64,000 bases of DNA, from NCBI GenBank assembly GCA_964036045.1, contig OZ038378.1, positions 173,662,001-173,726,000 of the forward strand, in the 5' to 3' direction. This DNA is from Eutreptiella sp. 'Long Island Sound 2002' (lineage: Eukaryota; Protista; Euglenida). The notes under the pieces are model-generated. The model saw only the letters and a program-made list of their open reading frames with translations. It did no database searches and was not told the DNA's origin. Made by a program: the position numbers and the translations under genes. Below are positions 22,856 through 34,437 of this stretch, piece by piece (the stretch's first letter is position 1; each line of letters begins with the position of its first letter).

Positions 22856-25121
22856 ATGCGAGGTACCTCGCCTCACTCCCCGGTCCTCCGTCACCAGCAC
22901 GCCTCCCCCGAGCTGGTCCTTCATGTAGTTGAGGACATCGATGCCGAGGGGCGCATCGCCAGCACCCCGAAGGGCCTGACGTACGCCTTCCGGTCCTTCC
23001 ACGATGCGCTGTGCGACCCGCCGGGAGCCGCCGCCGGGACCATGAAGCGCGTCATCGCCGACTGCCTGACCGTCGTGAACCTGCCGTACCCGGGGAACTT
23101 CTTCCTGCCGGCCGACATGCCGCCGCGCTGCACGCTGGAGCGGCTGGCGCGCGCCGTCTTCGATTCCCACACCGCGGGGGTGGCGTACGACGCGGCCCGC
23201 TCCGGGGCCGAGTGGTGGATGCAGGTCACGCAGCCGGGGGAGGTACGCCGGGGGCAGGGGCTGGTGGGCGGGGCAGGGCTCGGCAGGGCAGAGTGGGCCC
23301 CGGCGCAGCAGCTGCCGGAAGTTTGGAGGGGAGGCGGGGGTTGGAGAGGGCGATATTGCGTTTGCCGAAATTTGGCCGCACCGAAGTCAAGCCTCCGAGG
23401 CACCCGAAGTTTCAGATGCCGACGGATGTTTCCGATTTCCCCCATTTTCCCATCCGGATACCGGGTGCTTAGTGTTGTAAAGCGGACTCATGGGAGGTCT
23501 GCGGCCTCCGGGAAAATGGGGAATATGGGTATCTCGTCGCATTTGTTTCCCGTTTTTCTCCCATTGCCCCCCCGTTTTTCGCCATTTTTCTGCCACTTGT
23601 ACAGATTGGTCATACAATTTCTATGGCGATCTTATGATGATCCCCCCCCCTTTTTTTTACCCCCATTTTACCCCATTTCCCCTCATTTTCCCCCATTTTC
23701 CCTCATTTCCCCCCATTTTCCCAAGGCGTCGTCGGGGACTCGGGGACTTCGGATTCGGGTGCCTCGGAGCCTTGAAAACTGCACCAAAAAATGCCGCGGT
23801 GTTGAAGGAGTGGCGGTGCATTTCGTTTCTCCTCTGCCACCGCCGCCTCACACGGCAGGGCCCGCTTGCACCGCCGCGAAGACGGGGAGTAGAGGCGCGG
23901 CAGTCCCCACGGGCCCTCTCTCATCCCTTTGAGCCCGCGGGGTCGCCGGGCACACCCCCAGCGCCGGAGACAAGTCAGCCTCGTGACGTACGCCCCACCG
24001 GACATTCGAGATCGGGGACCTCTTGGGCTTGTGAGCGGTGGGCCCTGGGCACCCGCAGACATGCCACTCTCACCCGCAAAACTGCACTCGCCCCTCCATT
24101 CGGCGCTCACCCCCCCCCCCCCGTCCCGTCCACAAATGACCTCGACCCGCAACGGATCACCCAAAAGACATGGCACTGGACGCCGGAGGTCCTGCCCCCA
24201 GGATGTATTAGAACGGCTGACACCCGTAGGAGCCCCCCCCCCCCCCCCCGGGCCCAGATTTCATAGTGGGAGAAAACTTACAAAAGAAAGAAATTTACAA
24301 AACGGGATATAGATTTAGGGCAATTTTTGGGACACAAACTTTTGGGTTCCAGACCCCCCCCCCCTTCTCTCTTCTGATACATCCTTGTCCTGCCCTAACT
24401 CCCCAGCATTCATGGAACCCCCTTCCCCCCCCCAAAAAAGTACCCCGTGTTTGTCCGGAGCCAGGCCCCCCAATTCCCAATGCCTCAGGACATAGGGCCG
24501 CACTTTGACAAGGACGAAGACCTGTACGTTGCGTCCCACAAGATGATCCACCCGCAGGTGTCCACCGTGACGTACCTCACCGACGGGGGAGCCCCCACCC
24601 TCATCGTCGACACGCGGACCAAGGCCCCGTTCGACGCTCTCCGCCCCGACCCCATCACCACCGCCCACCTGAGCTGGCCCACCCGCGGCAAGCACATCAG
24701 CTTCGACGGCCGCTACGAGCACACCGCGGCGCACCCGCTGGCGTACCACTTCCGATCCCCCGCGGAACGCGGCCCCCGCATTTCGTTCCTGGTCAACGTT
24801 TGGCTGCACCATCAGCCCCTCGACATCCCGGTGTTTGATGAGGCCCTGGTCGCCAAGCACAACCTCAGCGATCTGCCGGTCCCGTTCGCCATCCCCAAGA
24901 CGCCCCGGCCCGTCCCCACCGTGTGGCTGGATGGCCGGACCGGAGGTGTGGGCGTAAAGACCTTCGTCTTCCCCCACGACAGGCCCCTCAGCAACCCGGC
25001 GCTCGGGCTGTGGAGCACGCTCCCGTTGCCGTTCCCCCCGGCGCACGACTCCCTGACGGTCCGCTACACACGCCCCGCCGACCTCCACGAGCACGCGCCG
25101 GAGGGGGAGAACGAGGGGTGA
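22856..25121 (+). CDS. 2OG-Fe(II) oxygenase-like hypothetical protein, about 339 aa; exons 22856-23242 and 24489-25121
   Basis: Donor GAG|GTACGC and acceptor CCTCAG|GAC join in frame to give ...SGAEWWMQVTQPGE|DIGPHFDKDEDL...PQVSTVTYL..GAPTL...HISFDGRYEH...RISFLVNVW. This gives an HxD...H triad plus distal Arg typical of algal/protist Fe2OG-domain proteins. Codons are GC3-rich. Confidence 0.82.
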
Positions 25122-25236
25122 GGCCCAGGCCAGGCCAGAACGGGAGGATGTGGATCGCGCTTCGAGCGCTTGGCAGGGGAGGGTGCCACATGGGGCACAA
25201 AGCACTGTGGCAATCGGTGGTAAGTGCCTGTGTGCC

Positions 25237-25267
<31 letters not shown>

Positions 25268-26461
25268 GCGCGCGCGCGCGTGTCAGTGTTATATCACCAT
25301 CGTTCTTTCAGTCTCCTGCTTCTCTGTGCGCCAACGTTTTTCATCCCCCCGAAAGGAGGGGGTCCTTGGCTTGATGGGTGGGCAGGCGGGCGGGGGGGTC
25401 TGGTGGACTGGCCACGGGCGCCATTTCGCCCCCCCTGATCTGCCCTGATCTGCTCCTTTGGGGCATCAGGCCTGGCAACCGGTTCCGAGGGTGCTGCCAC
25501 TGGGTTGTCTAACACTAGGCAAGAGGTTCCGGATCACCCGGTGTTACTCACCACTGCGCTGCTGCCACAGAAGCGCAGATGGTCGACGGTACTGTTGAAT
25601 TTTTGTTATGTTTATGTTCGGTTGTGCGCTAGCCCCCCTCCCCCCGCCCCCCCCTGTGCTGCCCCCTCCATGTTCATCCACTCTGTCAGACTCAGCTGCA
25701 GCTTTAATAGGGTGCTCTTGCCGCTCAGGAACGCCCAAACCCGTTCCATACGCCCCAGAATCGCGGCACGACAAATTTGTCCAACGACAGGGCCCCCATT
25801 GAACTGCGCTTCTGGGGCTCACCGAAGCACTGGGGGGCCTTGGGAAGGGGGCGTGGGGGGAGGGAACGGGTCTGCCTGTTTTTTGTGTCAGTGGGCCCGC
25901 CTGTAAGGTTCATCAATCTTTCCAAAATTGATTTTTGACCCGAGAAGGGTCTCTCTGCACATCAGAGCCCCCTCACCAGTGTGCCAGGGGCCTGCACCCG
26001 GGCGATCCCTAAGGACGTCCACAGGCTGGCGTTTTGTGCGGTAAGGATTGCCCCAAGAGCGCTCTGATCGCCGTTCAGTTGTTGTCGGTTACCCTCTAAT
26101 GGTCGAACTGGGCTTGACCGACGTCAGCAGTGTTTAATTTATTTTTATATTTACTGATGCACGGGGATTTATCTGCTTGTGAAGTGACACGTGTGACTGT
26201 CCGAAGTTTCTTTTTTTTTAATTGACCACTCAAATGAATCGTGGCAAATTCCAACCACCGTCTGCGCCCTTCAACACTGCCCAGGCATCATCTTTACCAA
26301 GCTACTATTGCTGTCATCATCGCTGTTGTTGTTGTGATCATCAAATTGCCTGAACCCACACTGAACACTTGCGGACGTGCCCAAGCAGGGGTAAAAGCCG
26401 ACACAGAGTGGATGAATGAATAATCGAAGGGATCGTCGTCGTTGTTGTCGTCATCACGTAG

Positions 26462-26556
26462 TCAAGGACATGCCAGATGGAACATGGTTTAAGCGCATCG
26501 AGGTAGATGATAACCCAGAGCGTGGGCTGGTGATTGAAGGCCCTTCAGTCGCAGCT
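26462..26556 (+). CDS. Candidate orphan internal exon (..KDMPDGTWFKRIEVDDNPERGLVIEGPSVAA), partner exons not found
   Basis: Bounded by CACGTAG (ends 26461) and GTGCGG (starts 26557); protein-like reading flanked by simple triplet repeats. Confidence 0.35.
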
Positions 26557-28690
26557 GTGCGGTTTATTTTTCTGACCTTTCTGGAAACCTGGGTCCACGT
26601 TTGTCGTCTGGTGTCGGTGGTGGTGGTGGCGGTGGCGGCGGCAGCGGCGTTCCACTGATCTATTTGCATGACGAGAAAGTTGCTTACTGCCGCAAGCGGA
26701 CTTCAAACCATCCAAAGCTCGTTAAACTCTGTCATTTATCAATTAATTTGTTATCATACGGAACGCTGGGTTTTCATTCTGTGTGGGGAGGGCAATAGAG
26801 CCCACCGGACTTTTCTGTTGGCAGGGCCATTGATCAGTCACCGCCAAGTTGAAAACCTGGGGGCCCACCATTATAAAGCCATAGTGATCGCATGTTCAAC
26901 ATCATTTGTTGTCTGGCCTGGATATAGCACATGGAGTTGCAAGTCAGAAATGTTTTGATCAAAAGCGACGCTCCAAACCTCACGCACGTATTGACTCTTC
27001 GCTACCCAGATTCTCACCCAAATCCTAAACTGACAACCATACTGATCATGATCAGACTATTTCGGCACCCGCAGGTGGATTCAAGGTGCACCCATTTCAT
27101 TCCACTTGACCAGCACGGGGAGCAGCTCCTCCAAATCCCAATCAGCCACACAACCCCGCCCTTGTACAGTGGAAACAAATAGCCACAAGAAGCGATTCCG
27201 CACTTATACACGCTACACTATATATCACCCGTCAGCACCACAGGTATTGCAGGGATGCATAGAGCAAAACCCTATGGCACCCTGACCCCGACGCATCATG
27301 TTAAAGCCAGCTTGGAGACATATCAAAAGGGGCAACAACGAGTTGCGTGGCACAAGAATTCACTGTTGTGTGTAGCCCATTGCTCAGCTTTTAATGGTGA
27401 ACACCCCCGACCACATTTCTCAAGAGTTGACATTTCTTGCCCCTCTGCTGTGTGGTGCACAAAGTGCTATTGTCTTGTGTCATGTAGCAGGGCAACCTGT
27501 CAATTTGTTGCAGTGCTACACTGTGGCGTTTGAGATATGTATTCCATTCAAAGTGCAGTTATCATAAATTGTTTCGCAGTTCTGGTTTGGATTTTACATT
27601 TGGGTCATGAGTTGTTTTGCATTTCTGATTCATTCATTGTGCAGTATTTTGAGTTGTGTGCTGCACAAAATGCATCTTCTGCCTCATCATAATTCCTCAA
27701 AGGACAGCTGCATCATGTACAAATTTACAAGTCCGAAAGGTGGTATGGTGTGGTGGTGGCTTTGCTTCGTGTACTCTGCTACTTTTGCTGTTTTCTTTGC
27801 TGTGCTTGTGTTTGTACCATCCCCTCCTTGTGTTTTTCTTGTGGTTGTCACCCCTGCTGCTTTGGATGTGATTATTTTTCCTGTCAAGGGGGTGGGTTGT
27901 TGGTGTTTTATTTTTGGCTTTCTTGTTCACGGGTGTCGCTGCCCAGCCGTGGGGCGTGTTCTACAGGGCACAGCCCTATATATAAATTTCTCTTCGGCAA
28001 ACTCTGTGCAAACTGTTGTATATGATTTGGCCAGATTGTTTTTAATTTCGGCAGCATATTTTCGTTATTTCTGTGGTTCACCCTATTGAGAGACTCTGTT
28101 GCAGCACTGTGTTGGGGCAACCAGGCTGCCATGTATTTAAAAACAACGCAAGGCCAGCAAACTGACAGAGAAGGGGTGGGGGGGGGTGGGCCCTGGGCAG
28201 GAGGGCAACGACACCTGCAAAACAAAAAAAATACACTTCAATCCCCCCCCCCCCGTGCGCACTTCGGAGATACGACATACAAAGTAACAAAGTAGCAGGG
28301 GCAAAGAAGAAAGAGAAACCACGCAGGCAATACAGAGATAACTTAAAAACAAGCATAGTACAGGAAATTAGAATCATTCAGGGTGCAGAGTACTGCCCCA
28401 TATGGCACCAGTGGCCCGCATGAATCAGTGGGCTCATGAGTCCATGCCCATGGGATGTGTGGGGCCTGGTGCGGAAAAAGAAATAGAAACAAGAGAGGGT
28501 GTTCCCCAGGTCATGGTTGCTTGTAGCTGCAGTAAGGGGGGGGGGCTGCAGCAAACAATAACAGGAGGGGGAGGAAGGGAGACAGAAAAAGAAAATAGAA
28601 AAGAACTGAAAATAAAAAACAGGGGGGGAAGGTGGACCATTGTCCCGGAGTTTCAGTGTGGGGCGGAAACCCCCCGGTTGCTAGTGGAGC

Positions 28691-29098
28691 CTAGGGCGGC
28701 CCGGAAATTGCTTTGCGGGGGGGGATGGCATGGGCACCCGGCGAAGGAGGAGGGGGGGGGGTTCCAGGAATGGGCTTCCGTGCCAGGCCTTTTGCTTTGT
28801 GTAAGGACGAATGTTGCCACGAAAGGCACCGGAATCCAAAATTTTGGCCCGGAAAAAAAAATTTTACGAAAAAAAGTTCCCCCACATATGTGTAGTCAAA
28901 ATGATCAGCGCGACGTGGGGATCATTTTGAGCCTTGTATGTTGGGGTCGGACCCCCGCCCCCCGGCCTAGCACGTAGGGCAGCCCCAGCCCAAACCCCCC
29001 TCCCGGCACGGCGACCAAGGATGGTGAGGGGGGGGTTGGACAAATGGGCTTCCGTGCCATCCCCCCCCCCCCCGCAAAGCAATTTCCTTCCCGCCTAG
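28691..29098. mobile_element. MITE with terminal inverted repeats
   Basis: GGAAATTGCTTTGCGGGGGGGGATGGCA (from 28703) is inverted as TGCCATCCCCCCCCCCCCCGCAAAGCAATTTCC (to 29087), extended imperfectly by CTAGG(G)CGG/CCCGCCTAG. The interior shares sequence with 21440-21510. Confidence 0.72.
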
Positions 29099-32000
29099 TT
29101 TCTTTTCACACTGACAATTTAGGGATCTGTGGCCTGTGACGTGTTTAAGTTGAGAGAATTATTTTTAGGAGCGATTGGATGAATCTTGATGGAGCACTTT
29201 TTGTTGGGTCGTTTGTTGAGAGGAGGGGAGTGCGTGATTTTGGGGTAAGTGAGTGGCGTATAGTGGGTTTTTCCAAGGATTGTTAGCAGAGTGTGGTTGG
29301 AGTGTGTGTAAATTAGGTACAGGGCTGTCTCTAAGCCACGTTTGAATCTCTTGTAAAATGTTCTTAAGCCATTGACGTCGTTTTTTTAGAGCATTCGAGA
29401 GCAATTGTTTGTGTTGTGGGTAGGCAAAGTTTGGGAGAGGAGAAAGTAAGGCATTGCCGAGAAAGTTGGGGATTAAGGTCCGAATAAAATTCCGACAGTC
29501 ATCCATTGCTGTTGTAGTCCACCAGTCAGACTAACTAACTGTGTTGAAAAGGGGAGGCCGGTCATTAATGCTTGCTTTGTGGAGATGTTCTATGACGGCG
29601 CATTCAGTTACTGTGGTGATAGGGTCTAAGGAGTGATGGAGTTGGCATTTGGGGCAATGGTATTTGTTAAGAATGTAGTGGGGCTGATAGCCAGTATGAC
29701 AATGCGAACCATTAACCTATTGAAACGGAAAACGGCCGAACCAGGAAGTGTGAGAGAAAAATCTCTGCTGAAGGAAAGGTGTATGTCGTTATGAGATTTT
29801 GTGGTTAGTAAGTGTTTGACGTTTTTCAGTCAAACTTTTGTGGGTGGTAGTGTGTAGCTTTGACAAATGAAGTACTTGGAGCAAGGTAGGTGAAGATGAG
29901 GGTGAGTGACATTGTTGGGGGTCTTTTTGGATATGGCATCAGTGTTTGCATCTGAGTAACCATTATGAGAGAAATCTGCATGTCTTTTAATCCAGGTAAC
30001 GATAAATTGTATGGAGGATGAATGAAGGAAGGTCCAAGCAAGGGAGTGCCAAAGACAAAAAGGGTTATTAATGGCAGCAAAGGGGCCATGGGGTGTTTGT
30101 TGAATAAACTGAAGAGTATTGCAAACGTTCAAGTTGTCTACGAAACAAGCTGACAATAGTTGCGAAACAAGGAGAGATTTAACATGTGCTGTATGAAAAA
30201 AGGCTGACACAAGATGTTTCCATTGGTGAGATCTGCTGCCTTTTTCTTTCACACATTGTTCTCGGCCCAAGATTGGGTGTTGAATTTTTTTGTTGCGTGT
30301 TTGTATGAAAAAGGTGTTTCCACCATGAAACAGCTTTCTCTCAATTTTTCTCACCACGGTTCACAATTTCACATGTTACGCAAACGAAATCTATTTTAAC
30401 AAATAGTTCAAATGTTGGAGAAATCATCAAAGATTAGCCAACATTGGTCCAAAGAGGTGCCATTGAGCCTTTGTAACGCAATCAACACAAGATTGCACGA
30501 TTTGTTGAAAGCATAATAAGGGCATGTAGACAAAATATGCGTAGTAGAACAGTAGAACCGTTATGTCTGGAACAACTCATTCCGGTAGACATGAGACTTG
30601 TTCTAGAACACGTGATACGTCTTCGAGAATAGTGAAACAACTTGTTAGACATTGCGGAACAGTCTATATTGTTCCAGAAGATGCGATACGTGTACTAGAA
30701 TAGTATGACAAAATGATAGACGCAACATACACTTCCGCGAGACGCACCATTTTCTATCCATTTCTTAATCTTGTACGCTTTCTTTCCTTTACTTCTCCGT
30801 GTGGCATTGTCTAACTAGCTTTGGTGGGATTCCATTTTCGAAATCTTTAACGTCTTCAGTGAATTTCCATGAAGGGATACCATTCTTTTATATAGGCTTT
30901 TGTACTCCATCGTAATTATTTATTTTTCCTTCAAATATTTGCAACTAGTCCCCAAATACAGTTTCCATCCCTCATTGTCATTTGTTAGATCATTTTTGGA
31001 CTCTGCCAAAGCACTTTTTACTATTTATTTCTTCTTTTCCCATGGTCACTGTCTTGAAATACTTTATACCTGTTTGCAACTGGTGAAAGAAATTCTCCAA
31101 ATTTTCAAACTCATTTTAATCACTCTATCATTGCTCGCATATACTTTTTATGACTGTGTATCATCCGTTTTTGACTCACTATGTCGAAATGCCGTATGAC
31201 TTCCCGAAATTCGTTGTTTTCGTTGTCAATTCAGTTTTCTGGATCGCTCTGAAAAAGAGAGACAGTGTGGGTGTGTTTGTTCGTGAAAGTGAACAAACTT
31301 CCCGAGGCTGTGCAAACAAGTCTCGCGGGAAGGTACACTTGCACATTAAATTTCCTTGGCATGAGCCCACTTCATATGGGCAAAAAATCATGCGCAAAGT
31401 TGCAACTACGGAGAATAGCATGACTTGCAGCGGATACGCATGATTCCGACTGTAACGCTGGACAGACTCCCTTGGTTGAACATAGGAGGCTAAAACGCTG
31501 CGGCCCCAACACATCTGACCAAATGCGCCTCTACTGAAAAAGGAATAACCGCACCGCAACTCGTTTCTCCGAACTTTGATGCGCCTCCCTCAATGCAAAT
31601 CGTAGAAGTCTCCTTTCGCTCCTTGACCCTTTCCTTTCCTGTGCATGATGGATGCCCCGCCAAACCGGCTTCGAAAGGGTTCTGTCCTACATTTTTCGCC
31701 CGGCCTCTAGCGAGGGCTGAACGCCTAAAATATGTGGTGGTTGCTGACAGGTATCTAGCTCTGAGATCTTCAATCTTTTTTTTTCTAGACCTGTGTAAGC
31801 TAGCAAAGCCCTTTTACGAGATGGTACTTGAGAAAGCTACTGAAATCCGGATTAAGAGCAATCGAATACTACGATTGTCCCACGGCTCAGCATGGTTGCA
31901 AACATGACACGTAATTAGGAGGTGATTGCCCCTGGGGGTACCCAAATCATGTCCCAAAGAGGCCAAAAGGGTCCTGCACCCTAGATATTCCGGACCGATC

Positions 32001-33400
32001 ACCAACAGGCTCCGGGAAATGTCGGATTTCTCGGCGTCCCATTTTGCTCAGCTCATTTGGAATGCCAGAGGCCCAGGTTGTACTAGCAATCGATTAGTTT
32101 GATGGCCAGTTAGATCGTAACAAGAGCGTAGACAAAGCGACATGGTACGTCAAGTTTGTCCACGCTTTTTTGGCTGATCGACCTTTGGTAAAATGTTGAG
32201 ATGCTGCAACTCTGTTTGCCCACAATGTAGAACAAGACCCACGGCTGTTACTTTGTTGCTAGTTTTGCATTACACTTGTGGTGTTGCTTGGGGGGAGGTG
32301 CAAGAGGTAACTTGCAAGGAACCACCAATTCCCAAAACTCATTCATAAACAGCCATGGCCTCAGGTCATCCAAGGCTGCCAAACAGGCGAACCAAGTCCG
32401 AGCGCGTCAACAAACAACACAGAGAATGCAAGGCAAGACTCAGAGGTACTTTCAATGCGCAGCTCTGCACACTAAGTTTCCGATTTAGATAATCAATTAA
32501 TGAAAAAAACTCCAACAAAACCATTCAAATTGTCAAAAAGCCTTTTGCGCATACTTTTGTAGCTCTCTTGTCGGTTTCACCTTCCTCGCATGCTCTACAT
32601 GGTAATGAAATCTAACCCTAAACCTAACCGTAGCCATACGGATGCAATGTTCCAAGAACACACATGTGCACAAGAACAAAAAAGATACAAAACATTTCAA
32701 TGTACAATTCATTTTTGTGGACATATGTAGAGTACACAATAAGACTTCTACAAAAGAATAGTAATATAGCGAACTTGATATATGCCACAGGGCTTCAACA
32801 TAATTAAAAGAGGTGCAAGTAGGTCCTCGGGTGAAAGACCACTAGGCTTAACTTGACAAGAAAAAAGCGTGAAGTGCTTAGATTATTTCCGCAATACCTC
32901 CATGAAGGAAGATACCTCTGCTCCCTTGAGTAGTAGGGGTGAACTTCATGGGGTGCTAGGATTATTACCCTAGTTACTAAGTTACTTTGAAAAATGTACT
33001 TTTATGCTTCAAAAGAATGGTTAAAATGATTAAGTGTTAGCCTTGAATACCTCACAAGGAATAGGGGGAGTGTGGCCTAAATCAAGGCCCATACAAAAGA
33101 CTTGGAACTGACGTTATCTTACTTGCAATAGCAAGGCAATTTTGTCGCTTATTTTAGGTCTTTAACGTGACTATGAAGTGACCAGGAAACACGGTCCATA
33201 CCGTTATAGTCGACTGGGTGTTGTGCTGGTGCCTTTATGCGTCTTTTTCTTTATGCGTTATCTATCTATCAATGTTCATCTCTATGGTTCTGGTTGATCC
33301 CTTCTTGCAGTTCGAATAGGTTGCTACTACATGTTGTATGAGCCCTGACATAGCATCTTCGTTACCTCATGCCGTTCGGCTAGCAATGCAAATGATCTAA
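29099..33400 (-). mobile_element. Degenerate non-LTR retrotransposon (APE endonuclease - RT - RNase H - CCHC-like finger), many stops and frameshifts
   Basis: Hand translation of the minus strand: APE-like GGIAEII and CVLYICPQ (about 32.7-32.9 kb); RT-like HFDIVSQKRM (about 31.18 kb), VFQDS and GWKLYLG; RNase H-like FIVTWIKRHADFSHNGYSD (about 29.95 kb); CPKC..HH......EC (about 29.6 kb); short A-rich 3' end near 29100. AT-rich relative to the host genes. The 5' boundary is approximate. Confidence 0.65.
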
Positions 33401-34002
33401 TGTGCAGTCACTCACCAATAGTGTCAAGTAGGGTGACTGGTCGAAGACTCAGGACTGGTCAAATGACGTGGCAGATACTGCGTGGCTCACGGTCGTTCTT
33501 ACCGAGTGACGTCATCGATGAGTTGGCTAAATCCGAAGGTATCTGTGCGTAGGGCTTGATCCACGCTACTCATATATGCCCCAAATTCCCGATTTTGAGA
33601 CATTGGACCCCATGTTAGGAAGGATTTTTGTAGATGACTTCAGGGCCAGAACAGAAAAATTGCTGCATAGCTGATCGGGGTGCGTCACGGTCGTACTTCA
33701 AAAAAGGGGTAAACGGTTACATCCGCTCAACCTAAAGTGACCATCGCGTTCGGTTTGATCCACGCTACTCATATATGCAAAAATTATGGCAAACGGACAT
33801 ATCTACCCCAACCTACAAGGCTTGTTCGCAAATTATGTAAATTTACGACCAGCCCAGAATTGGGGTCTGCTACAACTAACACGCACCAAGCACAAGGCAA
33901 ATGCCTTCAACGTGTTGTGCATTGCTCGTGCAACCACAAGCCCCCCCCCCTTTCCCAATGTTGTCCAAAGATCCCCTTTGGCACCCCCACCCCCCTTTTC
34001 CC

Positions 34003-34437
34003 TTAGGCCGAGACTCCTTTTGCCGCCTCACGCTTCGGCCGACCACTAGCATTCAACTCTGGTGCGGCATCCATTGTGGCATCTGCCCGTTGATCGGTGG
34101 CACTAGGATGATGGTCATCCAAATGCTCATCGTCGTCGGGTTGAGAGCAAGGAACAACTTCCCACTCCTCGTCTTCCCCAAAAGCGGTTTTCTTTGGTGT
34201 GGCAGTGCCTTCGTTGCTGCTGGGCACAGATTCTGTGTCTGAAAAAAGCAGCTGGTGATCACTCCCAAGAGAGTGCTCTCGAGTCAACCCATCCTCACTC
34301 TCATCACTTGCGACCCCCAAAAGGTTGGATTTCGTCATAAGTGGATCCAATGGTGCAGACCACTTAAATTCCAAGTGAAATTGTTTGGGTTGTTGCATTG
34401 TGTGTCCTTTTGTTGGGGATTTCTCCTTGGACAACAT
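34003..34437 (-). CDS. Candidate acidic, low-complexity hypothetical protein (144 aa), possibly a TE accessory ORF
   Basis: ATG at 34437 after a pyrimidine tract. Open frame with SDESED, EDEEWEVV and PDDDEHLDD; no family recognised. Confidence 0.28.
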   Translation of the reverse strand: MLSKEKSPTKGHTMQQPKQFHLEFKWSAPLDPLMTKSNLLGVASDESEDGLTREHSLGSDHQLLFSDTESVPSSNEGTATPKKTAFGEDEEWEVVPCSQPDDDEHLDDHHPSATDQRADATMDAAPELNASGRPKREAAKGVSA

